Of a DNA stretch of 64,000 nucleotides, positions 1-11,509 are shown in pieces. The position numbers were made by a program, and so were the translations under genes. The number at the start of each line of letters is the position of its first letter. The first letter of the stretch is position 1. The stretch is from Sarea resinae. Taxonomy: Eukaryota. The notes beneath the pieces were generated by a model. That model was not told where the DNA came from. It saw nothing but the letters and a program-made list of their open reading frames with translations, and searched no databases. The stretch spans positions 1 through 64,000 of the forward strand of contig JAPEUD010000094.1 in NCBI GenBank assembly GCA_026026165.1. The letters are read 5' to 3'.

Positions 1-1
1 A

Positions 2-27
2 CCCCCCCCCCCCCCCCCCCCCCCCCA
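2..27. repeat. poly-C homopolymer
   Basis: Run of about 26 C at the window start. Confidence 0.9.
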
Positions 28-596
28 TTGAGGCTATAGTGCCGGCTGAGATGGCCTTAGATATCTTTGCACCTTATCGATCGATCAAAGGGTCCCATGA
101 TACATTTATCCACTGCCCCGTTGATAGGATGAGCCTGGAAATTGCGGCAGTTGCACTTTCGGTGTCATTCCTGTCTGTTACCATTTGCATGTCTTTACTT
201 TTGGTGTTCAACCCCGCTCCCTTTTTAGATTTGTGTTCCCAATTTTCTTCAAGGATTTTGGACCAAAGCTGCGGCCCTGTTGTCTACAGCCCTGCTGGTT
301 TGATGCGGCGCATTTGACTTTGTGACTCGGATTGAATCTTGCCCTGAGGAGGTGATCTTATAAGATATCCTCGAAGAGACCATGATCATGAGAAATAATT
401 CCACCATCACACTTCATTGGAAATCAAAAGCGTGTCTCTTAGAACTCCTTCACCAGGAAATAAGAAAGTCCCCGTTTATCGCCCCCGAAGAGATTGTAAG
501 GCCAACGCCAGCGGGTCTCACACATCGATAGCAACGAAAAGAGTCCGAGAGGGCATCTCGAGCATTCGCGTACTTCTACCCGATTCACAACACGAT

Positions 597-1019
597 ATGT
601 CTGGACAAAGGCGGTCTGAAGGAGAGTCTTCTAGGTCTCCCGAAGATTCTTGGGCGCATATCACAGATCCAAACGAACGCCGTCGAGTCCAGAACAGACT
701 GGCTCAGAGGAAATTTAGTACGTTTCATACCGAGCGTGACATATTTTGGGCTTTCTTGCTAATAGAGACCTCACTAGGAGAGAGAGGCAAGGAAAAGAAG
801 GAAGCAGAAGACAGAGAGAGAGAGAACCGCGAGAGGGCAGGCTTAGCATATCGGACCCCCCAACCAGGTGACTTAGCACGTGGTGATCCTTCCGGGCTTC
901 CTTGGGGGAGTATCTCCATGAAGCATATCGTCGAGCAAGGACGACAGAAGGAAAGGGAGTCCCAGAGCTCCTACTCTTCTTCGGGTTTTAGCTACCAGCG
1001 TGGGAGTAGCTCGAGGTGA
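597..1019 (+). CDS. small bZIP-domain transcription factor (exons 597-717, 778-1019)
   Basis: Basic region WAHITDPNERRRVQNRLAQRKF. Removing intron 718-777 (GTACGT...GCTAAT...TAG) gives RKFRERGKEKKEAEDRE, followed by a SGLPWGSISMKHIVE motif. ATG at 597 is more plausible than the ORF-track start at 417. Confidence 0.8.
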   Translation: MSGQRRSEGESSRSPEDSWAHITDPNERRRVQNRLAQRKFSTFHTERDIFWAFLLIETSLGERGKEKKEAEDRERENRERAGLAYRTPQPGDLARGDPSGLPWGSISMKHIVEQGRQKERESQSSYSSSGFSYQRGSSSR

Positions 1020-2914
1020 TTACCCTTCGTCCGATTGCTACAGATGTGGACGTTTGAACTGTGGGTTGACGGACATGGGTCAGGTAAAAGCGTTGGTTTA
1101 CGTCTTTCCGATCGCTTTGCGAGAGGCGTCCCTCCGTGGCAAATGTTTGCTTACCGGAATACCGAACGGGGCTGGAGGGGTCCGTAAGGGGATTTTTGCG
1201 TTAGATGCATGTGGGAACGATTGTTTTTGATGGCGCATTGGTCCTTCATTATCCGGGGTCATGGAGCTCCTTGGCTTGGAACGGCACGCCGGCATGAGTC
1301 TCGACAAAGATTCCGCTCTCTTTTTCCTGCCTATTACAAAGCGTTGCAATTTTGTTTGCTATAATGGTGTCATTCATTCGATTGCGCAATAGATCATTCC
1401 TTTCTCTCCTCGCTCATCTCCGTGCACCTTAATGAACACTTGCGAGCGCCTCCATGCTGCAGATTCTGCCGTGTCAAAGACATTATTCTTGCAGATCAGT
1501 AGAATTGCTTTAGCACAGCAGCATAGCAGCAGAGGAAAAGCATAGCACAGCACGCGTGCCGCTTCAAATGCGTAGATCAACGCCGAACCGCCGCTGAGCC
1601 GTTGCGGGCCGTCCCTTATCGTTCCTTCAGCCGTCAAAGTTGGCACATCCAGCCACGAATCCGCCAAAGTTGGAACAAGGTGAGGCTCGGGAAGAGCACG
1701 CGGGCGGGCCGCTCCCACGCCTCGGGCCAAATTGATTCGATCATCATCATCATCATCATTATCATCCTCCTCATCATTCCACAATCTTACAATTCCTCCC
1801 ATGGCCCGAGATCAGTTGGACGGAGCAATAGAGCGTACGGTCGAGTTTGATATTGCGGAACCTTGAAAGGTCTCCCTCGTCTCCTTGCAAGTAATTGAAG
1901 GGCTGTCCACCAATCCTTCATATGAAAGTACAGCAGTAATATCACGAATGCATCCTTGTCGCAGTAGCCGGCGGATGGCAGCCGTCTAGACTACTCTACG
2001 GACACTTCCGACCAGAGAGGCCGTTTCGTGCTCTACCGTCTTTCCAGATGGAGCTCTATGGTGGAGCGGGTCTCTCCCGAGTTGGACGGTGACATCGATC
2101 AGATCGGATACGACAAAGATGCGCTTTTCCCCCCTCGTTCGGCCATGGGCCTGAGCTACGATCCGAGATCATGATTCGAGGGCCAAGGCACGGCCGTGAT
2201 TGGGGGCCATCGGGTTTCCGATGAGTCGAACGATTGAGATTGAGGGTCGTGTGTTGGTGGCCATGCAGGCAATCGTGCGGCATAGTCAGCTCCAGCAGCT
2301 TCAGCTAAAATGAGCAATGGTGATGGTATTAGCATTTACTAGGTACGTAGTAGGTGGGCGGTCGATCAGCCTCGTGGAACATCCCGGGAGCCATGTAAGA
2401 GAGCCCCGAGAGACAGGCCATGGAGATATGGAGACGAGTCACTTCACTTTCCCGCAGAGAGGGTTACTAGCAGGTAAGGCTCATTGGGGCTCCAGGGGCT
2501 CCATGGCATGGGTACGTGTGGTACACTTCAGAGGGAAAGGGGAAGGGGAGGGGGGCGGCCGAGGGCGTGAACGACGAAGGATGACTGGGGAGCATTGACG
2601 TCAGGTGAACTGAGACGAATGCGTGGAGGAAGATGATTGCCGTCTACTGGGAAGTGGAGGATATCAGCCAAGGTACGGATCATGGATGATGGTCGTGCGG
2701 TGGAGAGAGACAAATGGTGTACTGTAGTAGATTGCTCGGATGGCACGGATTGCACGGACGTGGGACCTTGGCTCAGGCGCAGGGTTGCTAGTGGCGCTTA
2801 AACAGCCTCTGGAAGTGCATTGGGTCCAGCGAAATCGTCTCTCCGGCCAGGTCGGTTGGCTGAGACAGCACCCCGATCTTTGGGGATTACATGCGAATTC
2901 GTGCATACGCAGTA

Positions 2915-2973
2915 CAGGCGATGCAGACGATGCAGACGATGCAGACGGTGCAGGCGATGCAGGCGATGCAGGC
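2915..2973. repeat. 9-bp tandem repeat (CAGRCGRTG)x6
   Basis: caggcgatg cagacgatg cagacgatg cagacggtg caggcgatg caggcgatg read directly. Confidence 0.9.
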
Positions 2974-4374
2974 ACACTCACACCTCAATCCATGGATCCA
3001 TCCATGGAAGTGCATGTTCCTCTTCGTACCTCGCTCACCCTCTCTCTCTCTCTCCCTGTGTGGATTCCGTAGTATCTCCACCAAAGTACTACCAACCATC
3101 TCGACCGACATGCCTAAGGTAAGGTACCTGGACTGGCTTCACCTGACTGCTACAGCTGCTACAGCTACAGCTACGGTCACCACCACCACCACCATTCCCA
3201 CTACCTTCCAGGTCCAGGCATCTCCTGGGCTGGCATCGGGCTGGCATCTGGAACTCCCGGTCTCTGCCCGTCTCTCGCTGTCTCTCCTCCCACTGCCACT
3301 GCTTGTCCCTGACTCTCTCTCCGACCGTGTATTGTGCTCTCGAACCCAAGCTACGACTCAGGGCGAGATGTAGCGAGAGAGTCACATCGGTCGGTCGAGG
3401 TGCGGCAAAGCGAAAGGATAGCGTCCAGCTCCAGTGGGCGATGGACCCCCGCCGCGCTTTTCCCTTTGGCCTCATCGCGAAGGAACAGCAAGCTCTCTAG
3501 GCATCCACCGCCTTTCCCCTTTCGCATCTTGACCATCTTGCGCGCTTATCGACCAAGATCGGAGCCCTTTCGCTCCATCTAGCGGAGCCTTCCTCCAATC
3601 AATGTGCTCGCTTGGTCCGTGGAAAATCATTGCCGATCGCCAAAGGCTTCCCTTGAACCTGACTTGCACCAGCCCTTCGAGCTTGATAGCGAGGCTTTGA
3701 TGTTGACGGGCAAGGCGACCCTGTGCCATGACCCTATCCTGGCCCTTGAGATCAGGGTCGGCAAAGTAAGGCAAAGAGCCAGTCTGCCTCTGTACAGTTG
3801 TTCAGCTGCTATGCCACTAGACTACCTAGTGTTTTCATTTCTTTCTACTACTCTCTTGTCATTCTTTGTATAAATTTTTTTTCTTTGTTGAGACTACCAC
3901 CGATTTGTCGTCCATGAGCCGTGTCATGTCATTTCCGCTTCCGGGTGGATCGACGACATGGCGGCCCGCCAGAGCACAAAGGAGGCTTGCCCGGCAGCTA
4001 ATCGCCAAAATGGTCTGTGATCAACTGTATCCCCATCTCTCCACGCCACATGCCCTTGCATGGTATCTCTGCCGCCCAGACCAATGAACTTTTGTCGTTC
4101 ATTGCGAACAGCATCCGCCGTTTTCTTTGGCTTAAGCACTGACTCTCTTGCCGCATGACAAGCTGCAAATCCCATCTTCAGTGCCGTTCGGTCTTCGCCG
4201 TGTGGTGGAGCGCAGTTCAGTCATAGTCATATTACTCACGGCGTGCCGCATTGTATCACGGCGAAAGCTGAAGGAATTCATGGCAACCTAGCTCCTCGAA
4301 CGACTACAAGAAGGCCCGTTCATGATCATGGCTTCGAGTACAATTCTTCACACACAGTCTCTTGCTATTCCCTC

Positions 4375-5754
4375 ATGTCTGAACCATCCGAACAACTACG
4401 CAATCTCTCTCTATCGGAGAAGATGCCTACGACTCGATCCCAAGCGAAGAGGGCCCAAGAGGTCGACCCATCGATTGATGAGAGCTCCAGCAGCGAGGTC
4501 GAAAGCATGGATGATACCGGACGCAAGACGATACGAGGCCAGTCAGGCGTCGTGTATATGAACCGTGACCTGTCTCCCCTCACATGGAAGCGCGCGGTGC
4601 GAGGTATTCGGCAGTACAACCGTGGAGACTTTGACGTCTCTTGGTGTGCTCGCAAAGGCGATTGGTATGCCTTTCAACTTTCGGAGGACTACAGAGTGGC
4701 GGTGCGTATCGGAAAGCCTGATGGACAGGAGCGGAGCGTACAGTGCAGCTGCAATGAATACAAGAGCTTGGGCAACGCCGGAGCGTGCAAACACATCTTC
4801 TGGCTTCTGGACCAGCTTCAACCGGAGCCGCCGTCAGCGAGCCAAGTATCTTTGGCTTTGAAGAAGGACGGATCAACACAGCAAGGCCCGGTGCCGTACG
4901 ACCATATCTCCACCGTTGGTCTCGAGTCTATCGCGGAAGACCTTGGCTGGGCTCTCCAGAGCGGCGACAATGCCACTGTATCTGGACGCAAAGATGCAGT
5001 GAGGGACATGTTGTCAGTCTTCGATCCACGCGTGGCCCCCGAAGACTATCAAGCCGAGCTCTACAACAGCATTCCTGCCACCGGGCTTGCAGGCGAGGAC
5101 CTCTACGTCGAGGGAGACCTGATAGCTACCATCTTTCGGATGGCCGTCGACGACAATGTATTCTTTCGCCACTTCCGCAAGGTGGTCAATCCAGATCTCT
5201 GCGCGCGCACCTACTTCGCCAAGAAGCGGGCCGAGGCGGACCGAGCTCTCGATGCGCTGGATGAGTACGTCGCTGATGGGCCCGTCGCCGGGCAGCCTCC
5301 ATCGGACGTGCTCTGGTGCGCCGAATCTTTGCGTCGGATTGTTGGGTCCATCCATGCGAATCTCGACTCGCGCGCCCCACTCGGGGCAGCAACCAAGGAG
5401 TTTGCGTCCAAGGCGCTCCTCTGGATCCTCTGGGAGGTCTGCGAGCGAAACGAGGACGCTTATGAGGATATCGAATGGTCGCGGAACGCGCCCCCAGGCG
5501 AGACACTGGAGCATCGAAATCTCTATCTGCAGCTTGTCCACCGCAAGGGGCCAGACAACTTCGTGGTTGATGCTCTCATGGATCTTCCTGATGTGTCGCG
5601 CGATCTCGTGGACAAGGCCAGTGATATCGTGGCCTCTCTCACGAGATATGGGGCACCTCGCGCGTACATTGGCAAGATGCGCGAGTTCATCACCCGCAGC
5701 CAGAAGCGGCGCATTGTGGATACCGAGCATGGAAGTCAGAAGCGCATGAAGTAG
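4375..5754 (+). CDS. SWIM zinc-finger domain protein (intronless)
   Basis: Long ORF with the CxC...CxH motif CSCNEYKSLGNAGACKHIFWLLDQL. First in-frame ATG at 4375. C-terminal basic NLS-like KRRIVD...KRMK. Confidence 0.85.
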   Translation: MSEPSEQLRNLSLSEKMPTTRSQAKRAQEVDPSIDESSSSEVESMDDTGRKTIRGQSGVVYMNRDLSPLTWKRAVRGIRQYNRGDFDVSWCARKGDWYAFQLSEDYRVAVRIGKPDGQERSVQCSCNEYKSLGNAGACKHIFWLLDQLQPEPPSASQVSLALKKDGSTQQGPVPYDHISTVGLESIAEDLGWALQSGDNATVSGRKDAVRDMLSVFDPRVAPEDYQAELYNSIPATGLAGEDLYVEGDLIATIFRMAVDDNVFFRHFRKVVNPDLCARTYFAKKRAEADRALDALDEYVADGPVAGQPPSDVLWCAESLRRIVGSIHANLDSRAPLGAATKEFASKALLWILWEVCERNEDAYEDIEWSRNAPPGETLEHRNLYLQLVHRKGPDNFVVDALMDLPDVSRDLVDKASDIVASLTRYGAPRAYIGKMREFITRSQKRRIVDTEHGSQKRMK

Positions 5755-8032
5755 AGAGCAGGAGAGAGGGACGAGGTGAGCGAGATCGAAGAGGTCAAGA
5801 AGGGCCGAGGGTGACTAAAGGTCACTAAGGAGGGCCAAGGAGGGCCAAGAAGGGCCAGGGAGGATGAAGGAGGACGAATAAGGAGGACGGTGGATGAAGG
5901 AGGATGAAGGAGGACGAGGATGTCGGACAGGTCCAATCAGGCCTGCCGCGCTCCATCCAGGGTCTCTCAATGTTTCTTTTCATTTTGTATTTCATTTGTC
6001 TTTTTTACGGCGGTCATCTGATATCTCTCTTGCCTGCGCTTCCACCTTCTTTTATCAACGGCCGGGCCCCGTCCACCCTGGCGGTTGGATGCGGCTCCAG
6101 TGGCATTTTTGCGTTTCCCCTTTTCCTTTTCCTTTTCTCTTTTCTTTCTTTTTTGTCGCCTGCTTCTGCTCGCTTGCCCCTTTTGTTTCTAGTTCGTCCC
6201 TCACCACTTTCCTTTGCGAGAGCTGGCCTCATCTTTTGCTACCTTTTTCTTTCCAAACCTCAGTCCCTCTTTCTTCCCCTTTTATTTATCTCCTTTCCCG
6301 TTTGTTCATCTTTGTGTTTCCTATTCTTCGCTCCTTTTGCGTTTCAGTTGATTCATTCTGAGTCAATTCATCCAACCCATTCTCTCATTACTGCCAGGGC
6401 CTTTTCCATTGTGAATTTGCCGGCGGGTCTATGACCGACTGACCGACTGACCGACTGACGCCAATGGTCGTAGGAGATGTGTATGCAGTATATAGGTATG
6501 TAGTAAGAGCCGTGACCGCCACCCACTCCCACTCCCACTCCCACACACGAACAAACGAACGAATGCACAAATGAGCGAGCCAACGAGCCAACGAGCCAAC
6601 GAGCCAACGAGCAGAAGAACAAAAAAAAGCACATCCACTTGACCCACCTACCTGCCTGCCTGCCTGTCCGACCGTCCGTCCGTCTACGTATCGTAGTCTC
6701 TGCTAGAAATGAGGCAGTGTGTGACCATCAAGAAGATAATTCGAACTTGTGTCAACCTATCTATCCACCCATCTATCAACCCCTGTACCCATCCATTAAC
6801 CTGGTTACAATCTACACCGAGCATGAGCATACGAGCACCCGCACAACCACAACCACAACCACAAGCAAACGTGAAGTTGGGACGAGAGTCAGAATCAGGA
6901 GGACCAGGAGGAGGACCAGGAGGATCTAGCAGCTTCATTTTACCGTACAGTATATACAGTATATACCGTATCCAGCCCGCCCGCCAGCCAGCCAGCAAGC
7001 CCGCTCGCCGTCAATGAGCAGGATAGTGCTTGTGTATCTGCCTTTTACTTACTTACTTACTTACCTATCTACCCACTCACTTGAAAACTTATAGACGGGA
7101 CTCACTTGGACTAATTAAACCCCCCTTTCTTGCTAACGTACAAACTAACTCCTAACCTCACGTGATCAATTAATTGATCAATTAATTAACACTCACTCAA
7201 TCGACACTCACTCACTCACTCACTCCATTAGTCGCCCACCTGCAAACCCACCCACCCACTTGATTAACCAACATTAGAGACAGAATTAGAGATCAAAATC
7301 CCCCCCTCCCCCCACCCCTGTAGATAGATACATACATACAGGCAAGCACGACACGACATGATATGATATCTCGGCTCCAGCTATCACCTATCACCTATCA
7401 CCTATCATCTACCATCCATCATCTACCGCCCGCGCGTACATGGTCATCGATCCCACAGGTCCTGGCAGGAGCGCGCTGTGCGTGTATCTCGGTGTTTCTA
7501 GGTCTATCTATCTCAGTGTATCTAGGTCTATCTATCTCAGTGTATCCGAGGTAGGCTTTGTGCTTTGGGTTTCTCTGTTGTCGGTTCTCTCGGTGGCATT
7601 TGTGACTTTGGTTATCTCTGTGATCTCTATGTCATCAAGAAAAACCAGAGGGAGAGGAGAGGAGAGGAGAGAAGAGGAGAGGAGAGAAGAGGAGAGGAGA
7701 GGATAGAGCAGAGTATAGACGAAAACAATAAAGGAGAGGAGAATAGAATTGAGTAAAGTAGAGTAAAGTATAGTAGAATACAATAGAGAAGAGAAGAGGA
7801 GAGTAGAGTAGAGTAGAGTAGAGTAGAGTAAAGTGAAGTAAAGTAAAGTAAAGTAAAGCAAAGTAGAGAGGAGAGAAGAGGATAATAGAGGCGAACAGAC
7901 TCGAACAGACGACAGTAATCAGCAAACCCTAAATAGTCAACGATTTGACATTCATACTCTTTGAATCTTTCGAACCCCTTACTGAAATACTCTTTCCACG
8001 AGCACATCATATCATATCATATCATATCATAT
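5755..8032. repeat. microsatellite-dense intergenic tract
   Basis: Many short arrays: GACT/GACC ~6432, CCCACT ~6522, GAGCCAAC ~6577, CACAAC ~6842, ACTT ~7047, ACTC ~7190, CTATCAC ~7381, GAGGA ~7653-7702, AGTAG/AGTAA ~7752-7866, ATCAT ~8005-8032. Confidence 0.9.
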
Positions 8033-8870
8033 CGGATTGGATCGGCCACGGTCTGCAATTGGCCGACCTGGCACGTACGCAGTCGAGCCTAGGAGGCAAG
8101 GATGACGCAACTTGATCCTCTCGGGTCCATCCGCTGGCTGTTTGCTAGGCTCATCCAATCTGAAATCACATTCCTCATGGACAACAGCAATGCGGGGCAG
8201 TTTCAGCATCTTCTCCGGGGCGGGGGGGAGGGGGAGGGGGGGAGCACTATTCTGAGGAGAAACAAATCTGTCTCGCTCTGACCCCGACAGATCAGGCCAA
8301 CGAAAAGGAAGGGAAGCTCGCATCAGGATCACGCGTGGCAGCTCTTCATGCATGCAGGCACGCACGCACCTACACACACACAATGGTCAATATCCTCATT
8401 TGCATGCCTTGACTGGCTGGCGCATATTGCAATACACCCACACACGCAAAGTTGGCAATACAAAGCCGAAAGCTTATTTTCGGTGGTCAATGCCGACACC
8501 CAGGCTTTCCTGACCTATTCTGCTCGGAAACGACTGGTTTGGCGCGAAAGCAGGAGCAGAATTGACAAAAAAGCAAACAGAAAAAAGCATCTGTAGACTC
8601 CCCCACTCCCCCAACCTCCAGTACCTCCGTTGGAGTTTGTGAAATTGGCGACCTGCGTCTTCTCACTGCCCGAGACTCCCATCAAAATAGCAAACATGTC
8701 GCCCTGCGCGACTACAAATTCCAGAGATCCTAGCTGATCGCATACAACCATGGCTGTCATTGAGCATCAAGATAAAAAGACCCATCGCATAAGGCCATTA
8801 TGGCAGCAATATCCGTAGCTAAGCGGCTTCATCGCGACATCGATTGAGGGACGCTCGAAAGTAAAACATT

Positions 8871-9635
8871 TCAATCCATGTAGAAATCACCTTTCAAGAT
8901 CCTCTCTTGAAAGTGGTCTGGGGCCCTTGACTGCCTGGGCATCTCCCGCACGGGAGTCTCCATGGAGGCGATGCTGGCAGCCCTTTGATGGTGAGGCGGT
9001 TCAGACGCAGATGCACCATCTGGGATCGAAGGAGCAGCGACCGAGCCACGTTCGGCTCTTGATCTGAGCGAATCGGACCAGTTGAAGCCTTCACCTAATA
9101 TATGAGATGGTCTGTTAGAGAGTTTGTTTGACGGATTGCTTGGAATTGTGTATGAAGACAAACCTCGACCTTTCACAGTCGGGGAAGAAGCCAAATTGGT
9201 GGAAGCTCTACCATTAGCATTCCCTACTCTCACGTCACGAAGGGCCCTCGCTCCAAAGCTAAGGCGACGGCCAAAGGCTGTATTGGGCGAGCCTGCGGCC
9301 GGGCCATCTCCCTCTTCAATGGCGTTCTCGTCGACGTTTGTATATCCAGAGCCCGAGCTCGACACGCTCTCGCGTCGGGAGACGCCGCTGCTCGTGGGAG
9401 AAGATTGGGGCGGAGACCCTGACGAAGCGCCGCCACCATGAGTCGAGACGGACAAGCGTCGACGATGCTGAGCTTGGGCGTTGGCTGCCGCGCTCGAGAT
9501 TGGCCCGGGATAAGCGGAAGAAGTCGCCGCGGAGGAAGGCTTACGACCAAAGAGCTCCGAGAGCGTCTGGCCGGGCGAGAACGAGGCACGACGATGGGGT
9601 GAGGACGAAGAGTTGCCAGCGGAGTCGTCGGACAT
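8871..9635 (-). CDS. conserved fungal Ser-rich hypothetical protein (intron 9095-9163)
   Basis: 254-aa ORF with RRLS/RRES phosphosite-like motifs, a GEGFNWSDSLRSRAER block and C-terminal PDHFQERILKGDFYMD. In-frame 69-nt intron GTTTGT...CTAAC...TAG. Confidence 0.8.
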   Translation of the reverse strand: MSDDSAGNSSSSPHRRASFSPGQTLSELFGRKPSSAATSSAYPGPISSAAANAQAQHRRRLSVSTHGGGASSGSPPQSSPTSSGVSRRESVSSSGSGYTNVDENAIEEGDGPAAGSPNTAFGRRLSFGARALRDVRVGNANGRASTNLASSPTVKGRGLSSYTIPSNPSNKLSNRPSHILGEGFNWSDSLRSRAERGSVAAPSIPDGASASEPPHHQRAASIASMETPVREMPRQSRAPDHFQERILKGDFYMD

Positions 9636-11509
9636 GTTAGCAGAATGGCAATTCAGTTCTCGAGCGTGCTTGAGCAGGAGACGTTTCCGATATGAGAAGA
9701 TGACTGATCGGTGAACAATGCACGGATATCAACGGGATGCGGCCGGGAAACGGCTGCTACGAGAAGACGGCTGGATAGATGAAGAACGTGGTGTTGCGTC
9801 CCAGGTATTTTGGCCGGACGGATGATGATATACGACAGAGAGGGCTGATGAGGTGTCTCGCGTTGTCAGTATATAAGCAACAACGAAGCAGATGGATGGG
9901 CCGAAGTGATTGTGCAGTGTCAGAGATGGAGGTGATGGGAGGGTTTGTAGATGGGATGATTCATAAGTGATCCTGACTATGATGAGGGAATGTTGCCCAG
10001 CGAATAAAGGGAGTGGAGGTGGGTGAATTGAACCTTCTTTCAGTCCGGCAGGGAGGGGGTGGGTGTGGATGATGTGGATGGAGGGGGGTGATATGGCGGA
10101 GAGAACCCTAACCTAACAGACCTCCCTACCTCCTAGGTCGACGGGTGCACCAGAGGCTAATGCAGTGGTGCAGAAGTGTCCAGCGACGATGTGTTTTCCG
10201 TGTGTTTTCCGTCTGGGCACCGCATTTGAATGGGGATGAAAAAGCCCCTCTCATTGGCCTTTCCACGACCGAGAGGGTGAGCTCGAGGGCTAAGGTAACT
10301 ACTAGGTAAGCAAGCTCCGATTACCTTAGGGAGAGAGCTTGCACCGATCAATCGTGATCGACTCGAGTACCTTGCTTTAGCGGGCAGCTCTAGCCACTCT
10401 CGAAGTACTCCGTCTAATTATGTCATAGTCCCTGTACCTCAAAGCCACGATTACCTGCCGTGACCTCCTTATCGAGCACATCGCACCTTACCGACGACCA
10501 CTCTCCGAGCTCGAGGAGCCATCCATCTCTGGTACGATTGATCATCTGATAGTGCTCTTCAATGGAGACCGAGCCGTACGAATGGTCTGATGTTAGATCC
10601 AATGGCAATAGAAAGGGACCTTCAGGATGGAGATGCTTTCCACCGGCGGTACCGGTACGAAGTGCCCAGCCTCAGACACACACTCTCTCGTTAAATCATG
10701 GGACCCTCGGACCATAAGGTAATGTGGGGTACAGACGGAGCTAGTCGATCGAAGCGAGCTCGGACAACGTGCATTCAGCTGGCTGGGCCATCTGCTGTCA
10801 GATTAGGTGGCCATCTCCCCTTTCATTCTAAGCGCAGTCGATCACCGCGACCTTATTTGGCGCCATCTTCGTCTTCCTAGAGCTTCGGACGACAAGTCCG
10901 CTCACATCATATCCATCTATCACCTTGCTCTGTCTCTAGGCTACTGAGACTCGGATTTGAGATGCCGCTATATCGAGTCACTAGGGATTATCCATCATGA
11001 AAACCATACTCATTATCATCGTGAACGACAGAGGAACAGAACCGCTGTAAACGGTCTTGAGACCGACAAGTCTGTGCCCTGATTATACAGTGAAATGAAT
11101 TGCGTCAAAGGGTTGCCCCTGAACGTCATAAGCTTGGTTCTACAGGCTCATGCCTCTCAGCCTGTGTCAGTACCTGGAATTTGACTGACCAAGGACTACA
11201 TGCATATTTGGAGGTAAAGCCTTGTATGCTACTGAGTATATGCCCGTGGCACATCACTACGATTGCGGAGCAGGGCTTACATTAGTAAACGAGATTAGCC
11301 ATTCGTAGAATAGCCATTCGAGAGCTCCACCGCCATGCATACGCCTTATCGTCAACCCTGCCCTAACAAGTCTAGTGAGTCTATTTCATATATCGACTGC
11401 AAATTCCCAAAGAAAATGAGATATCAGTCGTCAAGCCAAGGAGAAGAGAGCACCAGTGAAATGTCAGAGATCCAAGGAAAGAAGAAAATTGGAGGCTGGG
11501 AGGCCCAGT

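Noticed and set aside
1000..4240. Many overlapping 60-160 aa ORFs, including RRCRRC and MQTMQT repeats
   Set aside because: Products of a 9-bp repeat and (ATC)n tracts. I found no coherent exon chain or recognisable motif.
5894..8010. Numerous hydrophobic or low-complexity ORFs (LLYST, FLF-rich)
   Set aside because: Translations of microsatellites and pyrimidine tracts, with no domain motifs.
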